From Elsinoe ampelina (taxonomy: Eukaryota): DNA of 64,000 nt. The translations under genes and the position numbers were made by a program. The stretch covers positions 264,781 through 328,780 of the forward strand of contig ML992507.1 in assembly GCA_010093995.1 (NCBI GenBank). Reading direction: 5' to 3'. The notes beneath the pieces are model-generated. The model saw only the letters and a program-made list of their open reading frames with translations, had not been told where the DNA came from and searched no databases. Positions 62,247-64,000 of the stretch are shown here, in pieces; position 1 is the stretch's first letter; every line of letters begins with the position of its first letter.

Positions 62247-62770
62247 GAGACGGGTTGAGCACGATGGGAGACGTGGTTGGAGGGTGGCGGGCTCGGGGCA
62301 GGTAGAGATGGCTCGAGTGTGGGTCTAGCGAGATCGGCTCTCCGTTAATGGAAGGGAGCAGGGTAGGATAGCAATGTCCAAGCGAGAGACGAGACTCGAG
62401 GCATGTCTTTGAAGGGCCAAGGTCACCAGTGATGAGATTGGTAAGGACTCACTAGAAGCACGAAGAGGCTGTGAGTAGACAGAGGGGTGTAGAAAGTGAT
62501 GCAGCGCTTGCTTTTTGCCACGCCATGGATATAATCCAATCAAAAATATCCCAACATCATCGGCGCCGTCGTGTGCCCGATCAAGCCACATGTCTACTCA
62601 TGTCCTCTTCATCTTCCCCTCATCACACTTTCCAGTCCACACCACCACTCCCTCGTCGATCTTCTGTCCTGGACGCCTCTCTGCTCCTCTTCCCGCCATC
62701 CTCCCATCCCACCCCCCTCCCTTTCTCACCTCCTTCCTACCCCTCCGTCCCCCTTCTCCTTCTCGGATCC

Positions 62771-64000
<1,230 letters not shown>

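Overview
Gene-dense, intron-containing eukaryotic DNA from a filamentous ascomycete (Pezizomycotina-type GT..AG introns with CTRAC/CTAAY branch sites). About 28 protein-coding genes, mostly housekeeping: mitochondrial ProRS (5'-partial), verprolin, agmatinase-family ureohydrolase, membrane-anchored lectin-like protein, Cue5, rhomboid protease, cytochrome b5-like protein, Nop4, borate/bicarbonate transporter, Tgl3-like patatin, membrane aspartic-protease-like protein, AA11 LPMO, Puf6, F-box-like protein, SAH hydrolase, Rrn6-like, Spc25, sphingoid base kinase, HbxA-type homeobox factor, glycerol-3-phosphatase, DUF3176 protein, Nug1, Vps26 and P5C dehydrogenase (partial). There are also two decayed genes. 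I found no tRNA, rRNA, transposon or CRISPR array. The most striking unexplained structure is about 14 recurring 0.5-1.7 kb islands that are C-rich on the left and G-rich on the right, with a CpG-rich centre. They ignore gene orientation and affect introns, synonymous sites and even protein composition. Other notable items are a 20-bp convergent intergenic gap made almost entirely of Puf-type elements on both strands, a shared promoter motif in three ribosome-biogenesis genes, and two probable pseudo-enzymes. All calls come from reading the sequence by eye with no database search, and intron boundaries are inferred.
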